Positions 46,628-61,699 of a stretch of DNA of 64,000 nucleotides are shown piece after piece. The stretch is from the human T2T-CHM13v2.0 reference genome, Homo sapiens: the NCBI RefSeq assembly GCF_009914755.1, contig NC_060938.1. One strand, 5' to 3'. Positions within the stretch are counted from its first letter, which is position 1. Every line of letters begins with the position of its first letter. The notes beneath the pieces were generated by a model. The model was given only the letters and a program-made list of their open reading frames with translations, ran no database searches and had not been told where the DNA came from. Made by a program: the position numbers and the translations under genes.

Positions 46628-47849
46628 TTAATTCCAAGGTTTCAAATTGTCACTTCTCACAAATTTGTTTTTTTCTGTGAATTTTAAATTTTTGATTTAC
46701 GTTTTTGCCAGAGTAGTACATCAACATAGTTTCAAAAATCAAATAACAGCTCTAGAACTTATATTACAATGTCCATCCTGCGCCCCCTGCCACCACCACC
46801 CCAGGCAGCCCCTTTCGCCTCTACCCGTGTCTCTGGTCCTTCTTGAGTTTTAGTTTTGAATGTTCTGTATTGAGTTGTTACTATGTAGGTCTTGAACAAT
46901 TCTTTTAAAACATATTACCAGGTTTTTCATAGTTTTAGGCAATATTGTGAATCAGACCCTTTCCCCCTAAAAATTATCTAACTAGGTCCTCAGTGTAAAA
47001 TGTAAACCTACTGAGTTTTTCATATTTGTATTATAATCAGTGACCTTTCCAGATTGTGATATTTGTTCTAAGAGGCTTTTGGTTTAGTCTCTGATTTTCT
47101 GGGTGAACAATCCTGTCATTTGGGGGATTATACATTCATATATGCACTGTGTCACGTCTGCATAAGACACATGTACCCTGTCTAATGGCACGTATAAGAT
47201 GCGTATAAACTGCTGGTATGCAATCAATTGTTTGTTAGGGGTGCCAACAAATGACCTACCGAGGCACAACCTGAGAGAGGCAGGCAGGCGAAGATCAAAT
47301 ATAATCGTCATTCCTGAAAAAGCCACTGTGAAGAATGTGGCTGTCATCTGCAGCCCTCGGCTATGTGAGCACCACCAGCGACAGACAGATGATTTAACGC
47401 AGATGTGGGCAGCAGTGCTTCCCCCCTTGGAGACATAAGAAGGAGAAACACTGAATAAATGTAACAAGTTAAAGCACAGAGAAATGGGCTTAATACCTTC
47501 ACCCATCTGCCAGTCAGGTGAGTTCTCCTTCGCCTGGGATAGGGGTTGGAAAGGGAGAGACAGACGAGGCCAGGTCACGGCTCTGGCGGATCCTACACAG
47601 GGACAAAGCATGCTGGCACCCCGCTCTGCCCATGGGCTTCGTCTCCACATGGCATCTTGGAGCAATTCCTGTTTTTCTTTCTGTCTCTCTTTTTTTTGTT
47701 TTTGAAAGCAGCTGACAGTACTCCATTGTTTGGGTGCACTGCAATCCTTTCCCTGGTGTCTGCTCCTGGGCATTTAGGGAGTTTCCAGTATTTTGCTACT
47801 ACAATTGAAATGACTTAGCCCGGGACTGAAGTCAGTTTATGGGTTTTTT

Positions 47850-48295
<446 letters not shown>

Positions 48296-48665
48296 TCACC
48301 CTCCACAGGGGCTGTGCAAAATGATGCCCCCAAAGCCGTGAGTGAGATGGCCTGGCGGCCGCCATTATAAATATTAACTATTCAACTAAGATCAGATGGT
48401 AGCTGGAGGTGGGGGAGCAGGGAAGGATGAGAGGGATGGGTCACCCAGGCGCATGGTGAATCCTTTGGTGGTGGTGGATATGCTCATTATGCTGATTGTT
48501 GTGATACTTTCGCAAGTATATACACATGTGCAAATTAATTAAACACATACTTTACATATGTGCAGTTTATTGCATGTCAGTTATATCTCAATAAAGTTGT
48601 TTAAAAATCATAAAACATTAGTTTTTTGGTCCCATCAGATTGTCAAAAAAATAAACAAACAGGGT

Positions 48666-48987
<322 letters not shown>

Positions 48988-49577
48988 CTAGTCCTGGCAA
49001 CTTGTAAGGAAGCCAGCTCCCTATCTGTGAAAGAATGAATTGGCATATGGAATTAACTTTTGAACTATTCATTTGAAAAGTGTTTCTGTTCTTTGCGGAA
49101 GAAAAATTATATTGCTCGTCCTTCAGCTGTTATAACTAAGATCCTATTAATGCATTTCATTTTTGACTGGGTAAAACCGAATTCCATGGGTTTGCTTTTT
49201 GCTTCTCAGGTAACTAATGAATTTTCAGATCCTCTCCTTAAAAATGAAAATGTGCATTAACAAAAAAAAATCTAAGAGAGGGTTAAAGATTTCTCCTTTC
49301 CCCTGAAACCGTGGAGGAGAGATATTCCAAATGATAAAGGTTGATCACAGAATTTGATTGGATAAGGTGTGGAATTAAGACCATTTACAAGAGTATAAAT
49401 CTTGTTTTCCTATAGGAAATTAGAACTTGTGTGAAACTTTGTAACTGTTATCAGCTTTCCAATCTCTTGATTACCATGAACTGTTATTGAAACAGAAGAG
49501 CCTTGCAGTGTTTCTAAGGCTTTAGAGTCTGAGGCCATGGTTTTTGAAAATAACTTCAAATAAAAACCTGGAATTCT

Positions 49578-50354
<777 letters not shown>

Positions 50355-51302
50355 GAGAGAGATTTTGTATCTTAATAAAGAGATATTGAACAGTATCTTT
50401 GAGGTAATAATTCTACTTGTAGGGAATGTATGTTATCAGAAATAATAGGACAAACCTTTGTCATTATTCATACAAGGATTCTCGTTGTAGGGAAAACTAG
50501 AAACTCCCAAACTATCCAGCAAGAAGGAAAGAGGAAAACAGTTATACTACACAATGCAGTGTGGCCATTCACACAAGGAGGCAGATCTGTTTCCACTGAT
50601 CTGGAAAAGCATCCGTGACATGACATTAGTGAAAAATGCAAATTTGTAGAACAGTATCTGTGCAGAATGGCTGTGCTAATATAGATGCGTTGGCACCAAA
50701 ATGTTCAAGGGGAAGGGGAAGGTGGCAGGATCCAATCTGTACTTCACGTAATCCTTTAAAATGTGTGGGATGGTGGGTGAGTCTTCTCTGTATAGATTTT
50801 TGCAAACAAGATGGTATTTTGCATAAATATAGTGGGGAAAGGCATTTAAGACATATTCATGCCTGTAGTGCTTGAGTAATTTAAAATTTCTTATTTTGAT
50901 ATTTAATTTGAACATTTTCTATAAGAAGTGCTTTTAAAACTAGAAAAAAATTTTTTAAAGTCTATATAATAAATTCCTACGGCTTTACTTAAATAAGGGT
51001 GCCTAGGATTTTTCTTGAGTATGAACCTGTCACATGGCTGGTTGTGTGCTGAGGCCAGAGGGTGGGACCTTCCCTGAGGGCCGGGCTGGGACATCTCCCC
51101 ACGAGGTTGGTCAGTCCTTCTGCCAGCTCATCCATGAAGAGTTCAACCCAGGTCAGGGCCGGGCCCTGGCAGCCTGGAGGCTGAGCCTGGCAGGCCCTTC
51201 CCTTTTCAAAGGCCAGCACTGTCAGGCACTTTGGTCCAGACTCCAGGCCTGCAGAGGCACAGAGCGCACCAAGGGGGGCAGTGGGAGGGGCCAGTGTGCG
51301 AC

Positions 51303-51660
51303 CCCCAGGACAGGCTGGGACCCCAGGACAGGCTCGGACCCCAGGACAGGCTGGGACCCCAGGACAGCCTCAGACCCCAGGACAGGCTCGGACCCCAGGA
51401 CAGGCCGGGACCCCAGGACAAGCTCGGACCCCAGGACAGGCCGGGACCCCAGGACAGGCTCGGACCCCAGGACAGGCCGGGACCCCAGGACAGGCTGGGA
51501 CCCCAGGACAGGCTCGGACCCCAGGACAGGCTGGGACCCCAGGACAGGCTCGGACCCCAGGACAGGCTGGGACCCCAGGACAGGCTCGGACCTCAGGACA
51601 GGCTGGGACCCCAGGACAGGCTCGGACCCCAAGACAGGCTCGGACCCCAAGACAGGCTGG
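51303..51660. repeat. 18-bp VNTR (CCCCAGGACAGGCT[C/G]GGA), about 20 copies
   Basis: Seen directly. Confidence 0.95.
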
Positions 51661-53494
51661 GCTCAGGCTTCACTTGTCCTGTGTCCTCTGGGTTGCTCTG
51701 TTGTTCCACCATCCCTGATCCCACAGTAAAATCCTGTCACCCTCACTGCCTGGTTTCTGCCCCTGTTGGGGGTGAATGAGCAGCTTGTCCTGGGTTTGGG
51801 GCAGAGAGGCCTGAAGGAGGAGCCTGGGCTGGGGGCAGCCATGCTCATTTGGGGACAGGGCAGGCTTGGTCAGCAGAGGGGCTCCCCCCCCGGAAGGCAG
51901 CTGATTCTCAGGGTTGGGCAGAGTCTGGAACTTCAAGGGCAGGACCCATGTCCTAGGACCAACTCTGTCCACCCTCCCACATCCTCCCGTTGCCATGACC
52001 TTGGCCCCATCTCCGTCAAATAGCCTGGCCCTCATACGTGCAGGAGCCCTGGGGTCCTTCCCGAGCCCAAACATTTTTGCAGTGAAGGGCCCTGCCTAGC
52101 TTCACCCCATGCAGGCCTGGGCAGGGGCAACTCTGTCAGGTGCCCTCGGCCCCCAGGTCTTTCCCCTGAAAGCAGCGAGCATCTCAGTCGCTCCCACTGC
52201 ATGGGTGGGTGGAGTTCAGAAGAGTGGGAGAGGAAGGGGAATGCTTACTTTTTCCAAAGCGATCCAAGGATTGTTCTGGAATTGTTTGGCAAGGGCTGTG
52301 TGGCCATGTGTTTTTCTAGATTCACTTAAAGAAAAAACAGTGTTGGGGTCCCCAAGGAAATAGGGCATCCAGGCTGCAAGGACAAAAGCCAGGTGGGCTG
52401 AGGGGCCGGCGGGGCCAAATCTGTCACGAGGAAGGGGAAACTGAGGCCTGGCCTTGCGGGCCCAGGACCTACCCTGCCCCTTTGCACTGAAGGGAGGGAA
52501 GGTCTGAGTCCCCGGGAAGCAGAACTGGGGCCAGCTGGGCAGGGGACAGAAGCTGGGTCACCCCTGGGATACCCAAGCAGAGTGACACAGCCCCTGGGAC
52601 GGACTTGGCTGGGTCTCTCGTCGGCTCTTTTCTCTCCTGTAAGACGAGAACATGGAAAATCCTTCCCCAGGAGCGGGACGGCCCAGCACACTCCCCCATA
52701 GCTGGTGGCAACGCCCTGGAAGTCCCGGCTGTCACGGCTCTGCCTGCCCCTTTCAGATGCTGTCTCAATGACATGTGTCCAGGTCGAGCCTGTTCACCAA
52801 GCTTCAGCCCTCCCATCCCTCACCCTGGGGACCAAGAGACAGCTCCAGACTAGCCCAGTCTCTCCCGAGTGCTCAGGTGCTTCCCAGCTTCCTCCAAAGG
52901 CCAGCAGTCCCAGCGAAGTCCTGGGAAAGGCAGGACAGCCTCAGGCAGCTCCAGCGAAGGCTGTGACCACTACAGGGAGCACCTCTGCCAGGTGGTGGCC
53001 CCAAGGACTGCCCAGGACTGTGGGACACTCAGCTTCCCAGGGGGAGAGGCCCCGGCCCACTGTGGGCAGCACAAACTGGCTGTAGAGGAAGCTCTGGGGG
53101 CTATGGGAGCCCCTACCCCAGGGCACGCGGGGACTCAGCCAGGTCCAGGCCTTGCGGGAGGCTCTCTGGGGAGTTGCAGAGGCGCAGTTTCCCTTCCGCG
53201 GAGCTGCTTTCTCACCCTAGTGGTGGGACAAGCCCTCTCCCGGGTCCATCCCTTCCCTGCCCCTTCACCCAGGTCCTGAGTACTTCTTCTGAGCCACGGG
53301 TGGGTGATTTATGACCCACTTCTCACTACAGAGGAGGCGGGGCAGCTCGCTAACACCAAGCAATGCAAAAAGTCAGTGCGAGGGAAACACAGACTCCAAC
53401 GTTTTTCACCAAAGTGCTGGTTGAAACACTTTTGAAATCTGGGAAGTCTTGTAATCATGTCAACATATAACCTTCTTTTTAAAAAGCACGAGTT

Positions 53495-53647
53495 TAGTGG
53501 CATGGGCCTGTGGTCCCAGCTACTCAGGAGGCCGAGGTGGGAGGATCGCTTGAGCCTTGGAGCTTGAGGCTGCAGTGAGCCACAGTCGCAGCACTGCTCT
53601 CCAGCCTGGGTGACAGAGCGAGACCCTGTCTCTGAAAAAAATTTAAA
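53495..53647 (+). mobile_element. Alu right-arm/FRAM fragment
   Basis: GTCCCAGCTACTCAGGAGG...GACAGAGCGAGACCCTGTCTC. Confidence 0.8.
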
Positions 53648-54279
53648 AACTTGGAGCTTCCGTCGGACGATCCCCTCAGATCAAGGCACCGAGTTACTTT
53701 TTCCAAGTTACTTGGAAAGATTGGCCCTTTGGGTCTTGCATGAGAACTCCATTAGATGAGACCCAAGCAGCATCAAGCCTAGGGTTAACTTTCCCTACTC
53801 CTGAGCTGAGACCCCTCTGAGGACCCTTACCAATGCCAGGTGAAGCACGAGTTCTTCCACTCTGGCTGATGGGAACAGGCAACTATTCCCAGCCTTGGGT
53901 GAGCACCAGACACTGCGACTTCTAATCCTTTGCGGTGGTTCTTTCCCCAGGCTCAGGCAGGTTCCCCTTACGCACGTACTGATCGGTTCTCGGCTGAACA
54001 CTCGTGGGAACCTTCTGCAGACCTCCGGCTCCCTCTGTGCAGCGCTCTGTCCTCCTGCTCCGCCCTGTGGATCCTGCCACCTAGGCTTGCCTGGACTCCC
54101 AGCTGGCTGTGCTCCGCTCAGGAGGAGGCTGGTCCCGTCTCCTTACCCCATGGCCTGGAGACTCTCCACGCGGCTAGCCGGGCATCTCAGGGCTCACCCC
54201 ACTTGATTCCCGTTTTCCTTCATTGCCTGACGCTCAGTGTCACGAAAGCTCGTCTTGTAGATTTTTCTCTTTCTCAGGG

Positions 54280-54600
<321 letters not shown>

Positions 54601-54678
54601 CTCAGGTTTTTCAGTTGTTTCAGAGCAGAGGGTAAACCTGGTCCTTGTCCCATTTTGACCAGAATCAGAAGTCCTCTT

Positions 54679-55582
<904 letters not shown>

Positions 55583-55712
55583 TCTTATGTGGTTTAAAAC
55601 TGTGAGAGACTGTCTTAAAATCTGAATTGAGTCTGTTTAACTGAACTGTCAGAGATTACCAGTGACTTCTGTTGCAACAGGAAGATAAGACAGTGAACCG
55701 TTTTGTTTTTAA

Positions 55713-56039
<327 letters not shown>

Positions 56040-56539
56040 TAAGTTTTCACAGGTCTGCGAAGAACAGGCATTTAAGGAGAGAAATGCAAGAGTTCTCTGC
56101 CGCTGAATTCCCCCACCTGGCACATGATATGAGGTGTGTGCATGTCGGGACAGTTACAAAGCCTCACTCAACACGAAGTCAGGATCTCTTCCTTCTCCTT
56201 GGCTGCCAGGAGTCTGGGAGAGCCGAAATGACAATTTAGAGCAAGAGTCCATCCACTTTTGCGTTCCCTCCTGGCCACTGAAAATCCGCCGTGTTCTCCC
56301 CACAGGAGCAGGGGATCCCAGTGCTGGGTTGTGCTGCAGAAACCCCCAAGGGGTCTCCTCCAGGGCCCAGATGCTGGCGCAGCCCTAGCCCCAGCCCCAG
56401 CAAATCAGAATAATGGGGATGTTGAATAAAGACCCGAGTTTTCAACACCCCGTCCCTGCCTGCAGTGATTCCGATGATCAATCAGGCGCGAAGCCCAGAG
56501 ACCCAGGAGGACGAGTCACTGACTGGGCCATGAGACAGG

Positions 56540-56870
56540 ACCCCACAGCCTGCATCCCCACAGCCTGCACCCCGACAGCCTGCACCTCAACAGCCTCCTG
56601 CCTGCACCCCTACAACCTTCTGCCTGCACTCCCGACAGCCTCCTGCCTGCACCCCCCACAGCCTGCACCCCAACAGCCTCCTGCCTGCACCCCCCCACAG
56701 CTTCCTGCCTGCACCCCCCCACAGCTTCCTGCCTGCACCCCCCCACAGCCTCCTGCCTGCACCCCCCCACAGCTTCCTGCCTGCACCCCCCCACAGCCTC
56801 CTGCCTGCACCCCCCACAGCCTGCACCTCAATAGCCTCCTGCCTGCACCCTGACAGCCTCCTGCCTGCAT
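56540..56870. repeat. ~24-bp C-rich VNTR (CCTCCTGCCTGCACCCCCCCACAG)
   Basis: Seen directly. Confidence 0.9.
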
Positions 56871-57744
56871 TCCTGCTCACTTCTCCAGTTCCAGTGGAGG
56901 CAAAGACTCTGACCCGTGAGTTCTCCAGCACTGAAACCTGTGCTCCCAGCTCCCTGGGGAGGAGGCTGTCCCTGCAATGACCCCATCCTAGCTGGGCTGT
57001 GTCATTCTTACAGAGGGTAATGGCTCTACCTGCATTCCTGAGGTTTCTCAGGCTCAGGACCTGTGGAAAGTGAGCCATAGAATCTGCTGGCATTGCAGAG
57101 AGGAAAGCCAGACAGCCAGGGTCACAGCCACTGTGACGTCCACCCTCGGAGTCCTCTGTCTGCCACTCTGAACACAGGGTAGAAGCAGTTATTGCAAAAC
57201 AAATGCCACTGTCCTGTCCAAAAGTGAGATGGGTTTGGTTCCCTACAAAACCTCCCGCAGTGCATGCTAGGAAATTTTGGAGGAAATACCAAACGTCCTT
57301 TCATTCATGGCTGAGAGCCTAATCAAGGGAAAACTCTATTGGCCAAAAATGAAAAGGAGCTGCAAAGCAGGCACTAAGCTGACACAGATGCTACAGTGGC
57401 CCTGGGGAGATTTGCTAGGCCAGGTAACCAAGACACTTCCATTTCAACGGCCATATTAGGATGGGGAACCAGGCCTTGTTCTGTGAAAGGTTAGCACTGA
57501 CACCCCTGAATGAAGCCCGTAATTGTGAAGGGCTCTACTCACAGTGGAACTGGTGGATTAAGAGGGAAAAATTCCTTTTTCTTTCAAAAAGTGTCAAGGA
57601 TGAAGCTTGTCTTGGTTTGATCTCTGGAAAGAGAAAAGTCTCTGTAACTTGGAAGCCAAGGCCAGTCTTCATGTCAGCATGCAGCTCAAACTCACCCCAT
57701 GTGCAGTTTTAGGAACTGCAAGCTAAGACTCTGACAGGGAGGTG

Positions 57745-58200
57745 TGGGTAGCCGAGATGACCCTGTTTCTAGCTTCTGCACATGATGCTTTACATCTGGG
57801 GTCTTGATTAGCCCGTTCCTAGAGAGTAAAGGACCAGCCTACACGCACGCCACCATACGGCAGCCACCAAACCAGAGCTCCTACCCAGCCACCTCCTCTA
57901 CTGGCTCTAACACTCTGGGCCCGTCTCCACCTGTCCTGAGCACCCTAGAACCAGGTACCAGACATCTAGGGGCAGTCCCTATGTGCCAGAGCCCGTGAAA
58001 TTATTTTATTCATGCGTGGCAGTCTTAAACCATTCATCCTGCCTCACGTGTTCCTTCCTGCAGAAACCCTGATAAAGGCTCTTGCCCATGTTTTTCTGCC
58101 CTCTCTGCCTCCTGACAGATCCTGGTACTTCCCTGTGTGGCCCCTCTGTGGCATGGCCCCTGCTCTTGGTACCTGTGAGTATAACAAACTATCTTTTCAA
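57745..58200 (+). mobile_element. Old LTR fragment (MER73/MER74-like)
   Basis: ACCAGGTACCAGACA.CTAGGGG.CAG.CCCTATG.CCAGAGCCC...ATAAAGGCTCTTGCCCA; family name from recall. Confidence 0.5.
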
Positions 58201-58206
58201 TAGTAT

Positions 58207-58665
58207 TGATGTAGGATATTTTGCTCCTTAGTTCAGCTAAATCCAGGTTCTTGTCTCACGACCAGGAAAAATTAGGCACATGGACATATTGAAGGGTGAA
58301 GAGAGTGGAATTTATTAAGCAAAAGGGGAACTTTCAGCAGAGAGAGGGGTCCCACCAGCCAGCTCCTACCTCACAGATTGAATACCAGGCCACCATGCAC
58401 AAGCTGAAGAGGCCAGTCTCCTTCCCAGCATAGGGCATGGATTCCTGAAGGCTCCATCCCTTTCTTCCAGTGCGCATGTGAGCCGTTAGTCTGAGCCACA
58501 CCACATTGATTTATTTCCCTTACTGCGCATGTGTGAAGGGATGGAATTTTTCACTGAGGGCATGTTTAGGTGAGCCCCCTGTGCACAGTGACCTGGACGG
58601 GTCGGAGGGTCTCTGAGGACCTTTCCTTATCGGCCTAGGCATTTGGCTGTCTACTGCTTCTATCA
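58207..58665 (-). mobile_element. ERV1 solo LTR (MER61-like)
   Basis: Reverse complement starts TGATAGAAGCAGTAGACAGCCAAATGCCTAGGC; TSD GTAT; family name from recall. Confidence 0.7.
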
Positions 58666-59342
58666 GTATAACAAGCTATCTTTTCAATTTGTTTGTTTTC
58701 TAAAACAAACAACCAAAAATCTCCTACATTTTAAAGCAGTAAGAAGTTCCCCAGGAGCTTCACACAAAGGGTGAAGTCTATGGAGCAATGTATCTTCAGT
58801 GTAGACAGGCTGCCAGGATGCCCTTGGGCACAGCTCCAGTGAAGGGGAACCCATGAGCCATGTTATAGATCGGAGAGGGCACAGACACCTGAGTGACTGC
58901 CTTTAGACAAAAAAATGGACTGGGGACGTCTGAAATTTCCAACTACAGGATGACTTGATAGATACACAAAGTTAATATTTAAAGGACAAAATACTATGTT
59001 TCATTTGTCATGTTTAAATTCTATTAAAATACTAGAAAGATGGGAAATAACTAAATAAGACTTTTAAAAACAAAAAAGTATCATCACTGAAATCAAATAC
59101 TTCTGGACACGTAGAACATAATTTTGGACACAGTGAATTTTGGACACATGAACTGCAAGAAAGATCTGAAGTGAGACTCGGGATACAGAATAGAAGTACC
59201 GGGGCACAGAGTCCAGTCCAGCAGAATGGAGACTAATTCTGTGGCCCGGTGGGTGTGTTTCTGTTGTCTCTGGCCCCTCTTTGTCCTGGCTTCCGTCCTT
59301 GGTGTTTGGACAGAAGCCCCACCTTGTACTTGAACATAATCA

Positions 59343-60251
59343 TGATAGGGACAGGAGGCGGGGAAATTCTGGGCAGAAGAGGGTGAGTCCCCAGTGAGGG
59401 CCTCACCCTCAAGCCTGGAATTATAGCCCAAAGTAAGAACATGCATTCCTGTTTTCCCACTCAAATGTTGCTTTTTCCAAAACCACCCATGGCCCACCCC
59501 CACCCCCATCCTGCACCCATAAAAACCCCAGGCTTCACTGGCTCCACCAGCAAAGAGCAGAGAAGAGGAGAAGCAGCTGGACATTGGAGACTATGGTTGG
59601 ACATCAGAGGGAGGCAGCTTGACTTCAGAGGGGCAGCTTGATGGTGTTGCTTTGGAGAGGAGTCCAGCTGGAGATGGCTAGACTTGGGGAAAATCACCTT
59701 CCAGCTCCATCCCCTTGCCAGTTCTCCTTCCTGCTGAGACCCACTTTCACTGGCAATAAAATCCTCCATGTTCACCACCCTTCCATTTGTTTGTGTGACC
59801 TGATTTTTCCTAGATTCTGAACAAGAGCTCAGATACCACGAGTGCACATGCAAAAGGCTGTCACACTGACCCTCTGCCCTCACTGGTGGAAAGCAGCCGC
59901 CTCATGCGAAAAGGCAGAGGGTCCACTGAGCTGTTAACACTTAAACCATCTACGGATGGCAGAGCTGAAAGAGCATTGACTGTAACACTCCTTCAGGGAC
60001 TTTGGGGGTCATGGGTTCCCCCCACAGATGCTGCCACGGGGCTCCCATGGGGTTTTGCTCCTGCTGGCACCCAAAAGCACTCACCCCGGCTCCTGCACCT
60101 GCTCACCTGCATGCTCCCTCCCACGAGGGGTTGAGCACAATGGGTTCGAATGAGTGGAGTTTGTCCCTGCCGGCGCCAAAGTGGCCAGCTAGCTCCAGTG
60201 CCCACACTCCAGTTCCCGCCTGTGAAGGGGTCAGGGGAAATTTCCTGCTCA
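59343..60251 (+). mobile_element. 5' LTR of an ERV1 provirus (LTR27/28/MER52/LTR1 group)
   Basis: TGATAGGGACAGGAGG...TCA; CATAAAAA box near 59518 and AATAAA at 59755; followed by a PBS. Confidence 0.75.
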
Positions 60252-60255
60252 TTTA

Positions 60256-60273
60256 TGGGGCCTCATTTGGGAT
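60256..60273 (+). other. Primer-binding site, tRNA-Pro type
   Basis: TGGGGCCTCATTTGGGAT vs TGGGGGCTCGTCCGGGAT, 14/18 identical, just after the LTR. Confidence 0.65.
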
Positions 60274-61699
60274 ACGTCAGCAGGGTGAGTAAATGCGAAT
60301 CTGCCAGATCTGTCTCTTCTTGTCCTCAGACTTTGCTCTGAGCTATGCCACTTGCAGGGGAGAGGATGCAACCCTGCCATCTCTCTCTTTCTTTTACGTA
60401 AAAGGAATGTTGGCTCTGTTCCCTTCATGGAGATCTAGCCATTGCCTGGGACTGGAATAAAGTCCTGGGGCCACTGAAGGCATCTGGTCGAGGCCATACC
60501 TCGGTGTTGCCAGAAGGCCCCAAGACTGTACCCAGTTCCTGACTGCCCATCAGGGGGCTGGCCAAGACCCCCAGAATTTTCCATGGTATCTTTCCTTTCT
60601 TCTTTCATGGTTTGAAATAGCTCCTATCTCTTCTGTCATAATGTTAAGGGTTTTGCTGCAAACTGCAGAAATATTGCTAGAGCATTTGGCCCAGCAGTCA
60701 GATATGCAATTCAGGACAGTGTGATTTCCACTTGTCCTTAGAGGTGCCGTCCCCATCCCCAGCCCAAAAGCCACAGGCACGTGTGGCACATGGTGGCCCC
60801 CTCCTCACCCCCCTCCCTTCCTGGCTGGGGTGCTTGGGCATGTCTGCGGCATGCACATGCCATGCCACCAGCCATGGGCAGTGAGAGAGAACCATGGCTG
60901 CTGCCAGGGCCCCAGGGCAGTCTTGAGGGCAGGGACCCCGTGCAGCCTGCTGGCCAGTGTTTGCCACTCGCCGCCCCCCCTGCCATGTGCCCATAGAGTC
61001 TTTCCTCCCCTGGCCAGGGAGTTCATCTCGGTCCAAACCGTGGAAGGGATACAATGATTAAAGGAACCCGTTTGCAGAGAGCAAGAGGTTCCTCCCACAG
61101 CTGTTTTTTTCTTTCCTTTTCTATGCAAGAGGGTTATTTTCCTGCCTCAGCACTCCGCTTATGATGGGGAAACAACCAAGGAGCCACCCCCACCGGCTAA
61201 TAACTGCAAGTTTGGCAGGGCCCATCGGGGAGTCCATCTAAAGGGACCCATGCACCCCCTCAGACACCTTTTTGTTCCAAACTCGATTCCAAGTTTTGGG
61301 CTGAAGCCCTAGAAAGAAAAACCAGATCTGAGGGATCCAAAGCGAGGCAACGGGCACAGTGTAAATGGTCAGGACAGATTCCTGCTGGCTCAGCCCATGC
61401 TTCATGGAAGGAGGCCATGCTCCATGGCATAGATAAGGCCCAGGGAACCTGAGGGCTGCCGACAGTAGTGGGGGGTGGAGATGTGGGTGAGTGCAGACAA
61501 GTCCTGTTGTGTAGGCACCCCCTGCTTCACAGGTGCGGGCCATAGTGGCACCTGTGGGTGGTATCTGTCTAAAGGTCGATGGGTCTCAGGGATCAAAAAA
61601 CAGAAGAGAAAAGGGGGATGCTTGCTTTCTCTCTCCCTCACACCCCAAGTTTTTGCCGAAAGAAGGAAGGGAAATGAGGAATGCCTATTTCCCTGTCTT

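Noticed and set aside
51034-51779. Repeat-protein ORFs and CRISPR-like appearance
   Set aside because: Simple 18-bp tandem repeat with no unique spacers, in a eukaryotic context.
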